Shown here: piece after piece, positions 10,452 to 22,371 of the stretch
Position numbering within the stretch: position 1 is the first letter of the stretch
How the letters are laid out: each line of letters starts with the position of its first letter
Source of the DNA: Macrostomum lignano
Taxonomy: Eukaryota
Length of the DNA: 40,686 nucleotides
Direction of reading: 5' to 3'
Assembly (NCBI GenBank): GCA_002269645.1
Contig: NIVC01002137.1
Location: 160,721-201,406, forward strand
Notes under the pieces: generated by a model
Told to the model about the DNA's origin: nothing
What the model saw: only the letters and a program-made list of their open reading frames with translations
Database searches by the model: none
Program-made: the position numbers and the translations under genes

Positions 10452-11506
10452 TGTAGTGATCCGCTAGTTGGTGTTAGGCGTCCCACTTTGTCAGCAGTCT
10501 CCCTCGCCCTCGCCCTGGGTTGCTGTCTGCCGCTGGTCAGCTTCCCGCCCCCTTGGCCCGTCTGTTGCTGCCCTTGGCCTGTTCTGCCCTTCTGCGTCTC
10601 TGTTCTCAACCCTCAGCTTCTCTGCTGTGGGCTGTCTCTGTTTCGTTCCCGTCCCGTTTTCCTCTGTCATGTGAGCAAGTCACATGACAGACTCTGCGTT
10701 CTTCGAGTCCTAAAGTGCAGTAAACATGTTTACTGCACTCGTTGGCCCTGTTTACCGGGAGAATCACGTGCTTTCGGACCCCTCCCTTCTCTAAGGAGAG
10801 GAGTGACTCATGTTGCTAAAAATAGCAACTGAGTCACAGCCGCGTGTACTCTGGCCGGAGACCTTAAGTGACGTCAGTTCTAAAAATAGAACGAGTCACG
10901 AGGTCTTGCGCGCACTGAGACCCTGCCCGAGACCTCAAGTGACGTCAGTTCTAAAAATAGAACAAGTCACGAGGTCTTGTGCGTGGGTGTTTCCCGGCTA
11001 TAAATAGGACCCCTCTCCCCTTGTTTCCGTCAAGGAAAGGCTTCTTATCTGCGGAGAATTCACTAAGAACCCGTGTGCGTCAGTGTCTAACTAAGTGCCC
11101 TTTGCGTACTGAATCCGTTTGTACTGGTCTGACTGAGACCCCACTAAAGCCCAAGCCTAAGGGAGGCTAACACTGCCTTCCCAGTCACCCCTGAGCCCGG
11201 CGGGGATCTGCTGATCAGGACGCCTTGTTCATTAATCTGCAAATCTGCACGCTGTGCTGAGTTCGTTGACTTGTTTATTTCGTTCCGACGGGAAGCTCAC
11301 CTCATCGAAGGCCGAGACCTGAAGGAACTGGTGGCAGCACTACCTACGCTACTGCGCGCTGAAAGGACTTCCCACTGAAGAGGCTCGAGGTTTAAGCTAA
11401 TCACCAAGGGCCTTAAACCGGGAAGAAACCCCATTGTACTTCACTGGTGGCAGCGGTGGGATTCAAAGACCTACCAGGCCACCCCGAGAAAACAGCCTGT
11501 ACTTCA
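10452..11506 (+). mobile_element. 3' LTR of the tandem, including the extended U5 end
   Basis: Starts TGTAGTGA after the PPT. GTACTTCA occurs at 11436-11443 and again at 11499-11506, after which AT-rich host sequence begins. The second end matches the TSD-defined end of the solo LTR. Confidence 0.88.
11445..11464 (+). other. Perfect complement of a tRNA-Leu 3' end inside the LTR terminus
   Basis: TGGTGGCAGCGGTGGGATTC is the reverse complement of GAATCCCACCGCTGCCA+CCA, the 3' end of vertebrate tRNA-Leu(AAG/TAG) as I recall it. The host tRNA was not checked. Confidence 0.8.
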
Positions 11507-12132
11507 TATTTATTAAAATAGTTAGTGATTCATTGCATTTATTCAATTTATAGATTATGAATTCATAACCTTTGAAATTAAGCTTCTGTAATAGTCATAT
11601 ATTTTTGTTATAGTTTTAAACATTTTGCTTCACTGAATAACCATTTTCTTTTTGTGTATATATTGAGTTCATTCTGCATGACATTAGCTATCCTTGCCTA
11701 TCAAAATCTTTGCTATCTCTTTATATTATAGAAATTATTCCTTAATCATGCTGCCTAATCATTATTAGTATAAATCTATCAGTAGAACTTACCTCTTCAT
11801 TTTAATGTGTATAGAAAATACAAATCTTATCATTACTAGTAGTAACATGATGATAAAGTGAATATTATTATTAGGAACTAAATATTTTGTTCCATATATT
11901 TGTAATTGTCCCTGTAGTATAATATTTTTGTGTAAAATATTGTCAGCATTTTCAATAAGTTTACCATAAAATACAGACAAATATACCAAGAGGAAAGTCA
12001 ACCCTCGTGCAGGCTATAACTTGTGCTGCCTTGTCATTAGGCATCAGTGCCGCCTATATTCTTAAAATAGCAGTTGAGTTAGCCTTATTCATTTTGAGAC
12101 ATGCAGTCTCCTCCCTCTCCCTTCCTATTGAA

Positions 12133-12330
12133 AGCATATTGCCTTCTTACCCTACTAGGCTTATTATTCCTATATTAGGCATCTTGCCTCCTTACCCTAC
12201 TAGGCTTACTGCCTAGATATCCTGCCTACTTGTCCTCATTAGGCATATTGCCTACTTACTCCATTAGGTTTCTTGCTTAATTTCCCTTATTGGTCATACT
12301 GCCTTCTTATTTTCCCTTTTCCTATTAGGC
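12133..12330 (+). repeat. Degenerate tandem repeat (GCATATTGCCT.CTTACCCTACTAGGC-like units)
   Basis: Several imperfect recurrences of ATTAGGCAT.TTGCCT.CTTAC. Confidence 0.5.
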
Positions 12331-12777
12331 ACCCTATCTCCCTATGCCAAGCATTCCCTATTAGCTATTGAAATTCCCCATTAGTGCACCCCATTTCCCA
12401 AGCAACTCTAATCCATTGTGTAGCCCTTCTTCTCCCTCTCTCCCTTCTCTTTCCCTGGACTGATTAGACAGTGTCTTGCCACTCGGACACTATGCCGCCA
12501 GGAGTTTCCTCTGGCTTACTCCTTCTAGTAGTAGAATTTGAACATTTCTCCCCAAATCCCAAGAAATTCCCAGAACCCCCTGCAACAAATTAGTGACAGC
12601 TATGAAACTAATAAGTTAAAGAATCTTCCCTAGAACTTACCCCATCACAGTTCTATTTCTTTTTGTTTTATCTTTTTTGATTGGTACCTCAAAGGTTTGT
12701 TTTTAGATATTTTAAGCATAAACTCATTTGTTATAACCTTGAATCTGTCACTCTGTATTAGGCCTACTAGAATATAT

Positions 12778-13052
12778 CAGGGCTGTCCCAAAAGTAGTGT
12801 TACTTTTTATTTTATATCTCATTCTAATGATCCAAATGATATAATTTATACAATTTAAGAGGCAACTCTCTTCTTTATATTAGAAATGATAAAAGTATTT
12901 TAAATATAAATATATTATTATAGTACTATAAATATATGTATAAAATATAATATGGAGAAGAGTTGCCACTATAAAATTGTGAGAAATGATGTGACTTTGA
13001 TCATCAGAATTAGAGATATAGCTAAAAGTAGCACTATTTTTGGATAGCACTC
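12778..13052. mobile_element. Palindromic MITE-like element, probably Tc1/mariner-derived
   Basis: Arms GCTGTCCCAAAAGTAGTGTTACTTTT and AAAAGTAGCACTATTTTTGGATAGC, inner arms GGCAACTC and GAGTTGCC, centre TATAGTACTATA. The left end resembles TA-CAGGGTGTCCC termini. Confidence 0.6.
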
Positions 13053-13565
13053 ATAAGTATAAAAAATGTTTTATTATAAAAAGTTTTATAATATATATAG
13101 CTGTATCTTAGTTCATTTTAATTTAATTTTTTAAATGCTGTTTTGTTTTTGGGCACATAAAAGGGTGGCAGACAAAACAACTATATATCTATAGGTTACC
13201 AAGATTAGAGGCTCATGGCATGCAAAAAACAGTCTTGATATATTTTATATATATATCAAGTATACTTATATATCTGAAAATCACATTTCCCAACATTTCA
13301 CTTTTTGCTTGCAACAATGCTTAAACATTTTCATCTAGCAGAGCTGATGAATGAAAATCAATTTATAAATTTATAGAAATTTATAGCAAAAGTTATCTCT
13401 AGATATATTTTGAGCATTAAAAACAAATATATATTATTATTATAAACAAATATATATATATATAAAGCATATACAGTATTTATAAAATGCTAGTGCTGCT
13501 CACCTGTATGGAGTGGAACAGAAACACGGAATAAAAGAAATTTCTCTTTTTAAACCCAATGCCAG

Positions 13566-14217
13566 ATAATTTTCTGCACGCTGAACACGCACAAGATCGA
13601 TATGGACCGTCTGCTTGGCGGTCAGATTGGCCTAGACGATTTTCTCTTTGCTCACGTGAAAGGCCAGAAAAAAGAGGTGGAGGTCATAAAGTCTGACGAC
13701 GCTCTCGGACTGACCATCACTGACAATGGCGCCGGCTTCGCTTTTATCAAACGAATTAAACCGGACTCTGTTGCTGACCAAGTTGAGCACATTCTGCCAG
13801 GCGATCACATTGAAAAGATCGACGGCGAGAGCTTTGTTGGTGAGCTGACTGACTGACTGACTGACTGACTGACTGACTCACTGACTCACTGACTGACTCA
13901 CTGACTGACTGACTGACTGACTGACTGACTGACTGACTGACTGACTGACTGACTGACTGACTGACTGACTGACTGACTGACTGACTGACTCACTGACTGA
14001 CTGACTCACTGACTCACTGACTCACTGACTCACTGACTGACTGACTGACTAACTGACTGACTCATTGACTGACTGACTGACTGACTGACTGACTGACTGA
14101 CTGACTGACTGACTGACTGACTGACTGACTGACTGACTGACTGACTGACTGACTGACTGACTGACTCACTGACTCACTCACTCTGACTCACTGACTCACT
14201 GACTGACTTACTGACTC

Positions 14218-14250
<33 letters not shown>

Positions 14251-15648
14251 GAGTGAGTTTGTGACTTGAGTGAGTGAGTGATGGAATGGGTGATCACAAA
14301 TAGTGGATTATTTGTGCAATTGATCTGAGTGACTGATAGACTGAGTAACTTGAATGAGTGACTTGGGTGACTAAGTTGAGTGACCTGAGTGACTGGGTTG
14401 ACTGAGTTGAGTGACCTGAGTGACTGGGTTGACTGAGTTGAGTGACCTGAGTGACTGGGTTGACTGAGTTGAGTGACCTGAGTAACTGGGTGACTGAGTT
14501 GAGTGACCTGAGTGACTGACTCAATAGCGTCCAGTTCGCCGCAAAATCCGCAGGCAAGCGCCATTTCGACGTTGCCAAACGACTTAAAGAAATTCCTCGC
14601 GGCGCGACTTTTGTTCTGCGCCTCATCAGCCCGGAGAAGTCGCCCTACGCCAATTTGCAGCCCAGAGGCGGCTCCAGAGGTCACGCGGCCGGCGCTGGCG
14701 GCGGCCTTGGCAGCGGCAAGAAGACAATCCGGTTGAAGGCAAAGTGAGCGAGTAGCTTTGCTTGTTTTTTTATTCTATCTATAATTACTCGTATCTTGAA
14801 GTTTTCTGTTGCTAGACAAACGTTTTCTCCCGATGCTTTTAAAAAGTGCTAAGATGTCCTTCTGTTGTTAAGGAAGTTTTGTTTCCGTTGTTAGACTATT
14901 CGACTTCCGTTGCTATTGTACTTCTTTCCGTTGCTAGGATGTTTAATTTTGTTCCTAGGGTATTTATTTTCATTGCTAGGGTATTTCTTTCCGTTGCTAG
15001 GGTTTTTATTTCCCTTGTCAGGGGATGTATTTTCTTTGCTAAAATATGTTACTTCTTTCCGTTGCTATGGTATCTCTTTTACGTTGCTATGGTATCTCTC
15101 CGTTGCTAGGGTATTTGCTTTTGTTGCTAGGGTATTTCTTTTCGTTGCTAGGGTATTCATTTCCGTTGCCAGGGTATATATTTTCGTTGCTAAGGCTGTC
15201 TTTCCGTTGCTATGGTAGTACTTTCCGTTGCTAGGGTATTTAATTTGGTTGCTAGGGTGTTTATTTTCGTTGCTTAGGCGATGCAAGTCTTTTTCCGTGG
15301 ATTTCCTCTCCAAACTCGTATCTAACCGTGTTTCCAGGGCGCCGCGGTCGAGGAGGACGCGCCGGACCAGGCGGCTGACGTGGCCATCCAGGCCGTCAAC
15401 CGCCTGATCGAAGGCCTGCTAGGCATCTCGGACGCCGAACTGGCGCAGAACATCTGGGAGCTCGGCCGGGAGATCGACAATCCGCACGACTTCGCCTTGG
15501 CCGTCGATCGGGATCTGGGCGAATTCGCCTTCCCAGACGGCTTAGTGTTCGACTTCTGGGGCGCATCAGCGACGCCAAGGCTGGCCGGTTGAAGTCTGCG
15601 ACGCCTGACGACGGCGGCGGCACAGTGGAGTTCACGGAGGAGTTCTGA
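13566..15648 (+). CDS. GIPC: GIPC PDZ-domain adaptor; exons 13566-13839, 14554-14743, 15338-15648; 5' exon(s) not in the window
   Basis: [33 protein letters not shown]...[35 protein letters not shown] and [14 protein letters not shown] match the GIPC family. GT-AG junctions are present. One G is missing at the exon 2/3 junction and one C near 15563 (likely errors). Confidence 0.95.
13845..14250 (+). repeat. (CTGA)n tetranucleotide microsatellite, about 100 units, with CTCA variants
   Basis: Seen directly; begins 5 nt after the GIPC splice donor. Confidence 0.97.
14360..14520 (+). repeat. 31-bp minisatellite (GACTGGGTTGACTGAGTTGAGTGACCTGAGT) x about 5
   Basis: Seen directly, in the same GIPC intron. 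Confidence 0.9.
14800..15280 (+). repeat. About 21-bp minisatellite (TTTCCGTTGCTAGGGTAT core) filling the second visible GIPC intron
   Basis: GTTGC(T/C)A recurs at about 21-nt spacing. Confidence 0.9.
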
Positions 15649-15694
15649 AGCTGACAGTCATCTTACTATTGGTTTGCATGTGTTATTTCTGGTA

Positions 15695-15920
15695 GTTTCT
15701 ATGGCTACGGAGCTGTTATGAATATGCATGGGTTTCCATGGATACGGCGTTGCTATTACTACTTATAGCTACGGGGTTACTATGGTTACTTGGTCGTTTT
15801 TAATATGAGGTTGCTAATGGCTACGGAGTATCCGTATCTACAGACTTTTAATATAAACAGGTATATGTGTGTACAAAAAGGTTGCTATGGAAACCGTTAT
15901 TTTGCCGTAGCCACAGATAC
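15695..15920. promoter_or_regulatory. Cluster of RFX X-box-like motifs 3' of GIPC
   Basis: GTTTCTATGGCTAC 15695, GTTTCCATGGATAC 15732, GTTACTATGGTTAC 15776, GTTGCTAATGGCTAC 15810, GTTGCTATGGAAAC 15881. Confidence 0.45.
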
Positions 15921-16759
15921 TAGAATAACTAGATGGGCCACTCAGCACATTTGCGTGTAAACTACTTTCAGTTCAGTAGCAAATTAAACAGAAGCATTTT
16001 AATGTACTTTTTAAGTAAAGGTTCATTTATTGGCTCTTAACACCCCCCCCCCAGCTTAAACCCTCCAACCGCGCCTTTCCCACTACCCCCCGCCCCGCCC
16101 CAATTTTTTATTGCCTTTCTCGGAATTCCAGCCTAAAGCTGCCATGTACATTTCAGTGGACTGGCCAATGTACATTATTGCTGAACCAATTAGCAAGTTG
16201 TTCACCCGCCTGCAAGCTTGGGCTTTTTAAACTTATCAAAGTCGTTTCAGCTGGCTTTATTTTTATAAAATAGCTTATGTATTCTTCTTTGCTACTGAAT
16301 TGAAAGTAGAAAGCTGTTTTAATAAGTACATGTATATATGCCTGAGTGGCCCAACTAGTTATTTTAGTGTCTGTGACCGTAGCAAAACTAGAAAGAATTT
16401 TTCATAGTTAATCAGGCAGATATGCTCCGGAATCTCGAGTGCGGACGATGGTGGAGATTTAATTTTACTCTCTTACGCCTGGCGTTCTTTCTGCTTTATG
16501 GAACTTTGTATTCTAGATTAATGGCTCATTATGCAAACTAGCTAGTTAATAATAGTTAACAGATTTTTATCATCTGAGACTGGGTGCACGAACCCAGTAC
16601 CACGCGACATTCCGCCAACTTGGCATTCCACACTGCTTAGTATGTTCTTTTATTTGTTCGTGTAAAGATCCACAAGTATAGTTTACTTTGTTTTAAATGA
16701 TGCCAACATTTAGAAATCTGTGGCACCAATTCAAACTCAATTTAAAAAAACTTCATAAT

Positions 16760-17010
16760 TCTTATTCTGGCGCTAGTTTAAAATTTGTTGCTGTCAACTT
16801 TAAAACCAGTGGCGCCAATTGCAAAATTAATGGCGCCAATTTCAAAACAAATGGCGCCAGTTTCAAAATCAATGGCGCCAGTTTCAAAATCAATGGCGCC
16901 AATTTCAAAATCAATGGCGCCAATTTCAAAATCAATGGCGCCAGTTTTATAATTAATCGCGCCAATTTTAAAACTGATAGCGCTAGTTTCAAAATCAATT
17001 ACGCTAATTT
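16760..17010 (+). repeat. 21-bp minisatellite (AATGGCGCCAATTTCAAAATC)
   Basis: Seen directly; explains the repetitive ORFs at 16697 and 16762. Confidence 0.92.
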
Positions 17011-17834
17011 TTATTAATCAGTCAACCTGGAAGTTGGTGACTGTGTAATCATCACCTGCTGGATCTATGCATGTTAATATAGATGTGCTGCTAACTTTAA
17101 CTAAATCCTTTCATTTGTTAGAGAATTTAGCTTTAAGTCCGAGAAATATTTATATTTATGAATTCTTGCAAGTCTTTGTGTGATGTACGTATAAGGTATA
17201 TCATTTTATTCGCCCGTAATTGTGATATTCTCTGTTTGTGTGACTTTCTTTAAATCGGCCGTATTGATTTCATTTTTTTAAAGTCTTTTAATTATGACTT
17301 TGTAATTTCTGCCCAGATTTTATAAAGTAGCTTACTGGATGCTTACAAACATCTACTTTATTACAAGTATAAATGGGTATTGATTAAAACAAAATAAAAT
17401 AAATTTGATATTTATTGGTGCACAATTTTACATTCCTAGTACTGTAAGTAGTGTACATGTGGATACACTATATGCTACATTTATTTATACATGCTGATGC
17501 CATTAAAAGGCCACGCGCATATTTTAGTCCAGACATTCCTGTATGTTTTATAACTCAATTGTTTGATCATGAAATGCTAATATTAAAAATACTGTTTTAT
17601 CGTTACATTCTTTACGCACAGTGGATTAGACATTATTACTATAATTATTATGCAGCGGTTATGTCTATCAACGCACAATCCACCTATCCACATGTTATTG
17701 TTCATTTTTGTTTTGCCTCATAATATTGTGTGTCTTCATTTTCGTAAAGTATTGTAATTTTCATGTTTATGTATTTTGTAACTGGCCATGTCTTATGTCT
17801 TATATATATGTGCATGTAACAAATAAGCATTCAC

Positions 17835-18222
17835 AAAGGGCGTCGCCACGGGGGGCATGTCCCCCCCCCATAGTAAAAACTATGGGGGGACATGCCAATG
17901 CTTTGTCCACCCCACCCCACCTTGTGACCTGTTATGAAAGTCAATAATTTTGCTTCAGAGCGACAAAATGAGTGCCTGCGGTACCAAAATGAGTGCCTGC
18001 GGTACCAAAATGAGTGCTTGCGGTGCCAAAATGAGTGCCTGCGGTACCAAAATGAGTGCCTGCGGTGCCAAAATGAGTGCTTGCGGTACCAAAATGAGTG
18101 CTTGCGGTGCCAAAATGAGTGCTTGCGGCGCCAAAATTATGTACATGCATGAATTTAATCATGTAAATGTAGAATTCTTGGCTTTGCCCCCCCCCACTAT
18201 AAAATCCATGGCAACGCCCCTG
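17835..18222. mobile_element. MITE (hAT-like) carrying an internal hairpin and a 21-bp minisatellite
   Basis: Imperfect 17-bp TIRs AAAGGGCGTCGCCACGG and CCATGGCAACGCCCCTG (13/17), flanked by GCATTCAC and GCATGTAC (6/8, possible 8-bp TSD). Confidence 0.6.
17963..18135 (+). repeat. 21-bp minisatellite (CAAAATGAGTGCCTGCGGTAC) x about 8
   Basis: Seen directly. Confidence 0.95.
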
Positions 18223-18699
18223 GCATGTACTCAACAATACTTCTATATTTGTTGTTTGGTTTTTTATGTTAGTTGCTTATATCGTGTGGGCACAGTTTTT
18301 GTGCATCAATTTTTCTTGCTGCTCTTTCTACACAATAATATACTGAGATTATACAGTTAAACGGAAGCACTTTCCATATTAGTGGAATAAACTGCAAATC
18401 TATTAAGGAATTTATAAAAAAGATCACTATAGAAAATGGGTTTATTTTTCTACAATTCATGATTGCAATGATTGCATGGATGAAATGACAGAAGCTGAGA
18501 GAACAATTGAAGAGCTGGGAGACACATGTCTGCGCGTACCCCACAACTTGACGGTCCTTCTGGCCATGCGCACCATATGCATGCGTATTGTAACATTTAC
18601 AAATTTAACGAATTCAATTGCGTGCCAGGGTGCATGGGCCTAATTAAAAGATGGACCCTCGCAGCTTGGACGGCCTGACACCACCAACCAGGAGAAAGT

Positions 18700-19850
18700 T
18701 GTTGCTGTTGACAAGCTCCTTGTTGGATTGAAAAATCTGTGTCAAAGTTCTAATTTCAGCGTCAAGCGTTATTCATGTACTACAAACTGAGTACGCGCGA
18801 TGCAGCATGCACTTAATCAGACCAATCTTCCACTGTGTAGGACAAAGGGCATTGAAATTAAGGATTAGGCCAGTAAATGTTGGTTTTCGGTAAACATTTG
18901 TGCTGACGCAGCCATTGTTCAAGTCGACTTCAGTGTCAAGAAACGGTATTCTTTTTCCTCCGCAGTTTCGACAGTGAATTTGATTCTTTTGTGTGTTGAA
19001 TTTAGTGCTTGAAGAAATTCCAGATATTTGGCTTGGTTATCAAACACAGCAAACGTATCACCGACGTAGTACCGCTTGTAGAAAGCAGGGGCGCAGTCAA
19101 GCGCCATCCATTTCTTTTCCCAGTGAGCCATACAAATATTTGCGAGTGTTGGAGCAAGAGGCTAGGACTCCCCATCGCACATCCATCAATTTGGCGGTAG
19201 TATAGTTGCCTTCAAATATGAAAATTCCTGAGGTTGCATAGCCCAAGAGTTTTTTAAAGACTTCTCTAGGCATTGAGGTGGATTGGATTGATACACCTGC
19301 TCAGTGGCCAGATCGATGGCTAGCTTTAAAGGGATATTGGTGAAGAGTAGTGAAGTGACATCAAAGCTGCACACAAAGTCGGCGTGACTCGGCTTGAACT
19401 GATTGAGCGCCTGCAGAAATTCCGAGTTGGACCGAACTAAAAATTCACCAGATATGCAAGGCTTGATCAGAGAATCAATTAATTTAGCAAGTTCATATTC
19501 AGCAGTGTTCATCATTGAGATAATTGGCCTCAGGGGCTTATCTTCCTTATGCACTTTACACAGCCCCAAACAATATAGTTGATCTGGCTGACTCCCACTT
19601 TTGGCATATACGTTTGAATACTTCTTCACTTAGATGATTCTTGGCATGGGTTCTCAGATAAGTCTGTAACAATCTTTCGGCCTTAAGCACGGGGTGGGCC
19701 ATGGTATAACTCCATTCACGTCATTTAAGCGTTGGAATCTAGTCTCATGGTCATTAATGATCCCAAAAAGTTTGTTGACATAGTCATCCGTGTCCATAAC
19801 CAGCAACACCATATCCTTTATCATAGCCAACAATCTTGATCCTCTTATTA
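18700..19850 (-). pseudogene. Decayed Penelope-like element reverse transcriptase fragment
   Basis: KVHKEDKPLRPIIS, SFDVTSLLFTNIP, YRQIDGCAMGSP, KRYYVGDTF (YVDD mutated) and LNSTHKRIKFT, with multiple stops and frameshifts. No GIY-YIG domain seen. Confidence 0.85.
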
Positions 19851-22371
19851 TCCCGAAGCTGTTTCATTGTCCGATGAAACAGCTTCGGGATGAAACAGCA
19901 GCAAGAGCATGTTTCATTGCTCTTGCTGCTTCATACTTGACTTTACAACGAGAACCCAGCGACGAATCAATACTCATGTAACTCGGGATGAGTGCTTGAA
20001 TATACATGTATGTAGTGTACGTGCGCTGTATGGGATATATATCTACATAGCTGTACCATTTATGTACTTGGATGACCCAGAGTCTAACGAGATTCCATAA
20101 AGTGGCGGAAGGGCCCAGGTTCAAAAAGCCGAAAAAAGTGGTGATGTTAACAAAGAAGTCTAAATTGCCACCGAGCAGTACAAGTCTCTTATTATTGCTA
20201 GTTCCCCAATTAGTAAAATATATAGCATTGTGTCTGCAAACTGAAAAGCCTTCAAAAATTGATTCGCAGAAACATGAATAGGCCCTACTTCGCCGAAATG
20301 TCGCGCACGCACAGCCACAAAAAACTCCTAGAGAAATTAACTGAAAGTTGTATTTAACGTATAAAAACATCCTTTATTTTTAACTGAGTACTTATAGACA
20401 CGGCGGCAATGTCTATCCTATAATGTTGGAGCTTATAGACAGGCACGTCCACTATGTCTATAATGTTAAGCACAGATTTTGGCAATAAAGAGATGGCTGC
20501 CGTCCCAGACTTCAGTGTCAAGTCAACATCAAATCAAATTATAACAGAGATTATATTCCGCCACCCTCTGTGTCTAAGACTCTAAGTCACGTTACTAAGT
20601 GTGCATGAACCCATTCAAGACTATCCTATCTTAAAGACTATCCTAGGCCTATTTGATGCCATTAGTTGTCCTAACTCCTACCTAGGGCTAAATCTCTACT
20701 TTCTTAGAATTGGTCTGAGTTATATTAGCCTATTCTTAGCATCTTGGGAGTATTTGTCTAACTCTAACTCTAAGTATTTATCTTAAGTATTTGTCTGAGT
20801 ATTTATATGTAGGAGTATTTTTAGTGTTCTTATTTAGTTCTAATACTAATACTAATAGCATTATATGTAAATGGCCTAAGTAGTATATTACTGTTATTAC
20901 TACTAGTAACAGTAGGTCTATATTTACTGCATATGCAACATACATGATATATATAATATATTTTACTTGGAACACTTATCAATTGATAACTTTGTTATTA
21001 ATTGCCTCAAACCATAATAGGCAAGGACAAGGTTGGTTCTCCTTTTAAAAAATTATATCTATTTAAACTAGGCCAATTTTAGACTTTAGTTCATTTAAAA
21101 CAAAAAAATAAGTTTCAAAAATATTTTAGGAATAAATAAGAAGAAGAAATTTAAAAAGAAATATTTTTAGTTTTTGTACAGATTTAAAATTAGATAGGAA
21201 GATTCTTGACTTTACCAGTCCTATATTAGATATACTTAATTGATAAAATTTTTATTATTTTTACTTTTCAAATAGGTTAGGATAGGTTAGCTTTGTTGCC
21301 TCTCATATATATGCAACCTCCAAAATTCAGTCGGCTGTGCAACTTAGTTTTAACAAAAAATACAATCTAGTTTTTGGCCAAAAATGGAACTTATATATAA
21401 AAGAAACCCTAAAGCAAAATTAATGCAACTTTGGATAAATGGCAATAGTAACTATGACTGTCTTATTAAGGCAAAATGCTTCATTATCTACAAAGTACTA
21501 CTTTAGTATTTATTCAGCTAGGCATTTTTGCAACTTACCTTGGTTGGCTACCAAATTGGTTGGCTAGATTGGCTAACTTAGCCGACTGTTACATATGTAT
21601 GTTGTCTCTAGTCAAGAAACAACTTCTTTTATGCTAAATTATATCTACTATAAGAAGAAAAAAGAACTAAAAGTACTAATTATAATAAAAATAGTTTCTT
21701 TATAGTCCCCTATGACCTTTGCATTTTATACCTATGTCCTATTGCTGCCAATGGCCATTATTGTAGTCAGGTTTTTTGGGCCATGTGGGTTTTTTGGCCC
21801 CTTCAAAATCTCATTGGTAATTGGATTTTTGGTATCAGCATCCAATCTTGCAACTTCATTTTCCCCATGCTAGTTGCCAATTTCAAAAAAAGATTTTGTA
21901 AGTAAAAAAATTATATAAATCAATATGATAGAATTGTTTGTTTGCTATTGTTTGCAGCATTAAGCAGTAATCTTAGAGTTGAAAACAAATTTCTGCTTTT
22001 CAAATGCAGCCTTAGGTATATCTATCCTTGAGAATTTGGCTTTTTACCATTGGGCAACTGAAAATAGCCATTGGCAACTGGATTTTGAGCCCCAAAAGCC
22101 AGCTGGCAACTGGATTTCCAACCTTAAAAAAACCCAGATCTAGCATGGATTGGCCCTCGGTAATGCAGGCATTGTCTGGCACAATTAGGCATAGGAAAGG
22201 GATGTCCAATGCAGTTTAGACCTTGGTTGCAATAGGGTGCCTAAGGCTGACTTTATAGTTATTATTGTAGAGATTTAGGTTATTTTGGCTAGGCCTATAT
22301 TTGATTTATTATCATCAATAGATAAAGGGATAAAAAGCTCAAACATGACTTACTGATAATAGAAATTGTTT

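Noticed and set aside
21865-22148. Possible MITE bounded by CCATGCTAG and CTAGCATGG, with internal TGGCAACTG repeats
   Set aside because: Only a 9-bp inverted match and no TSD.
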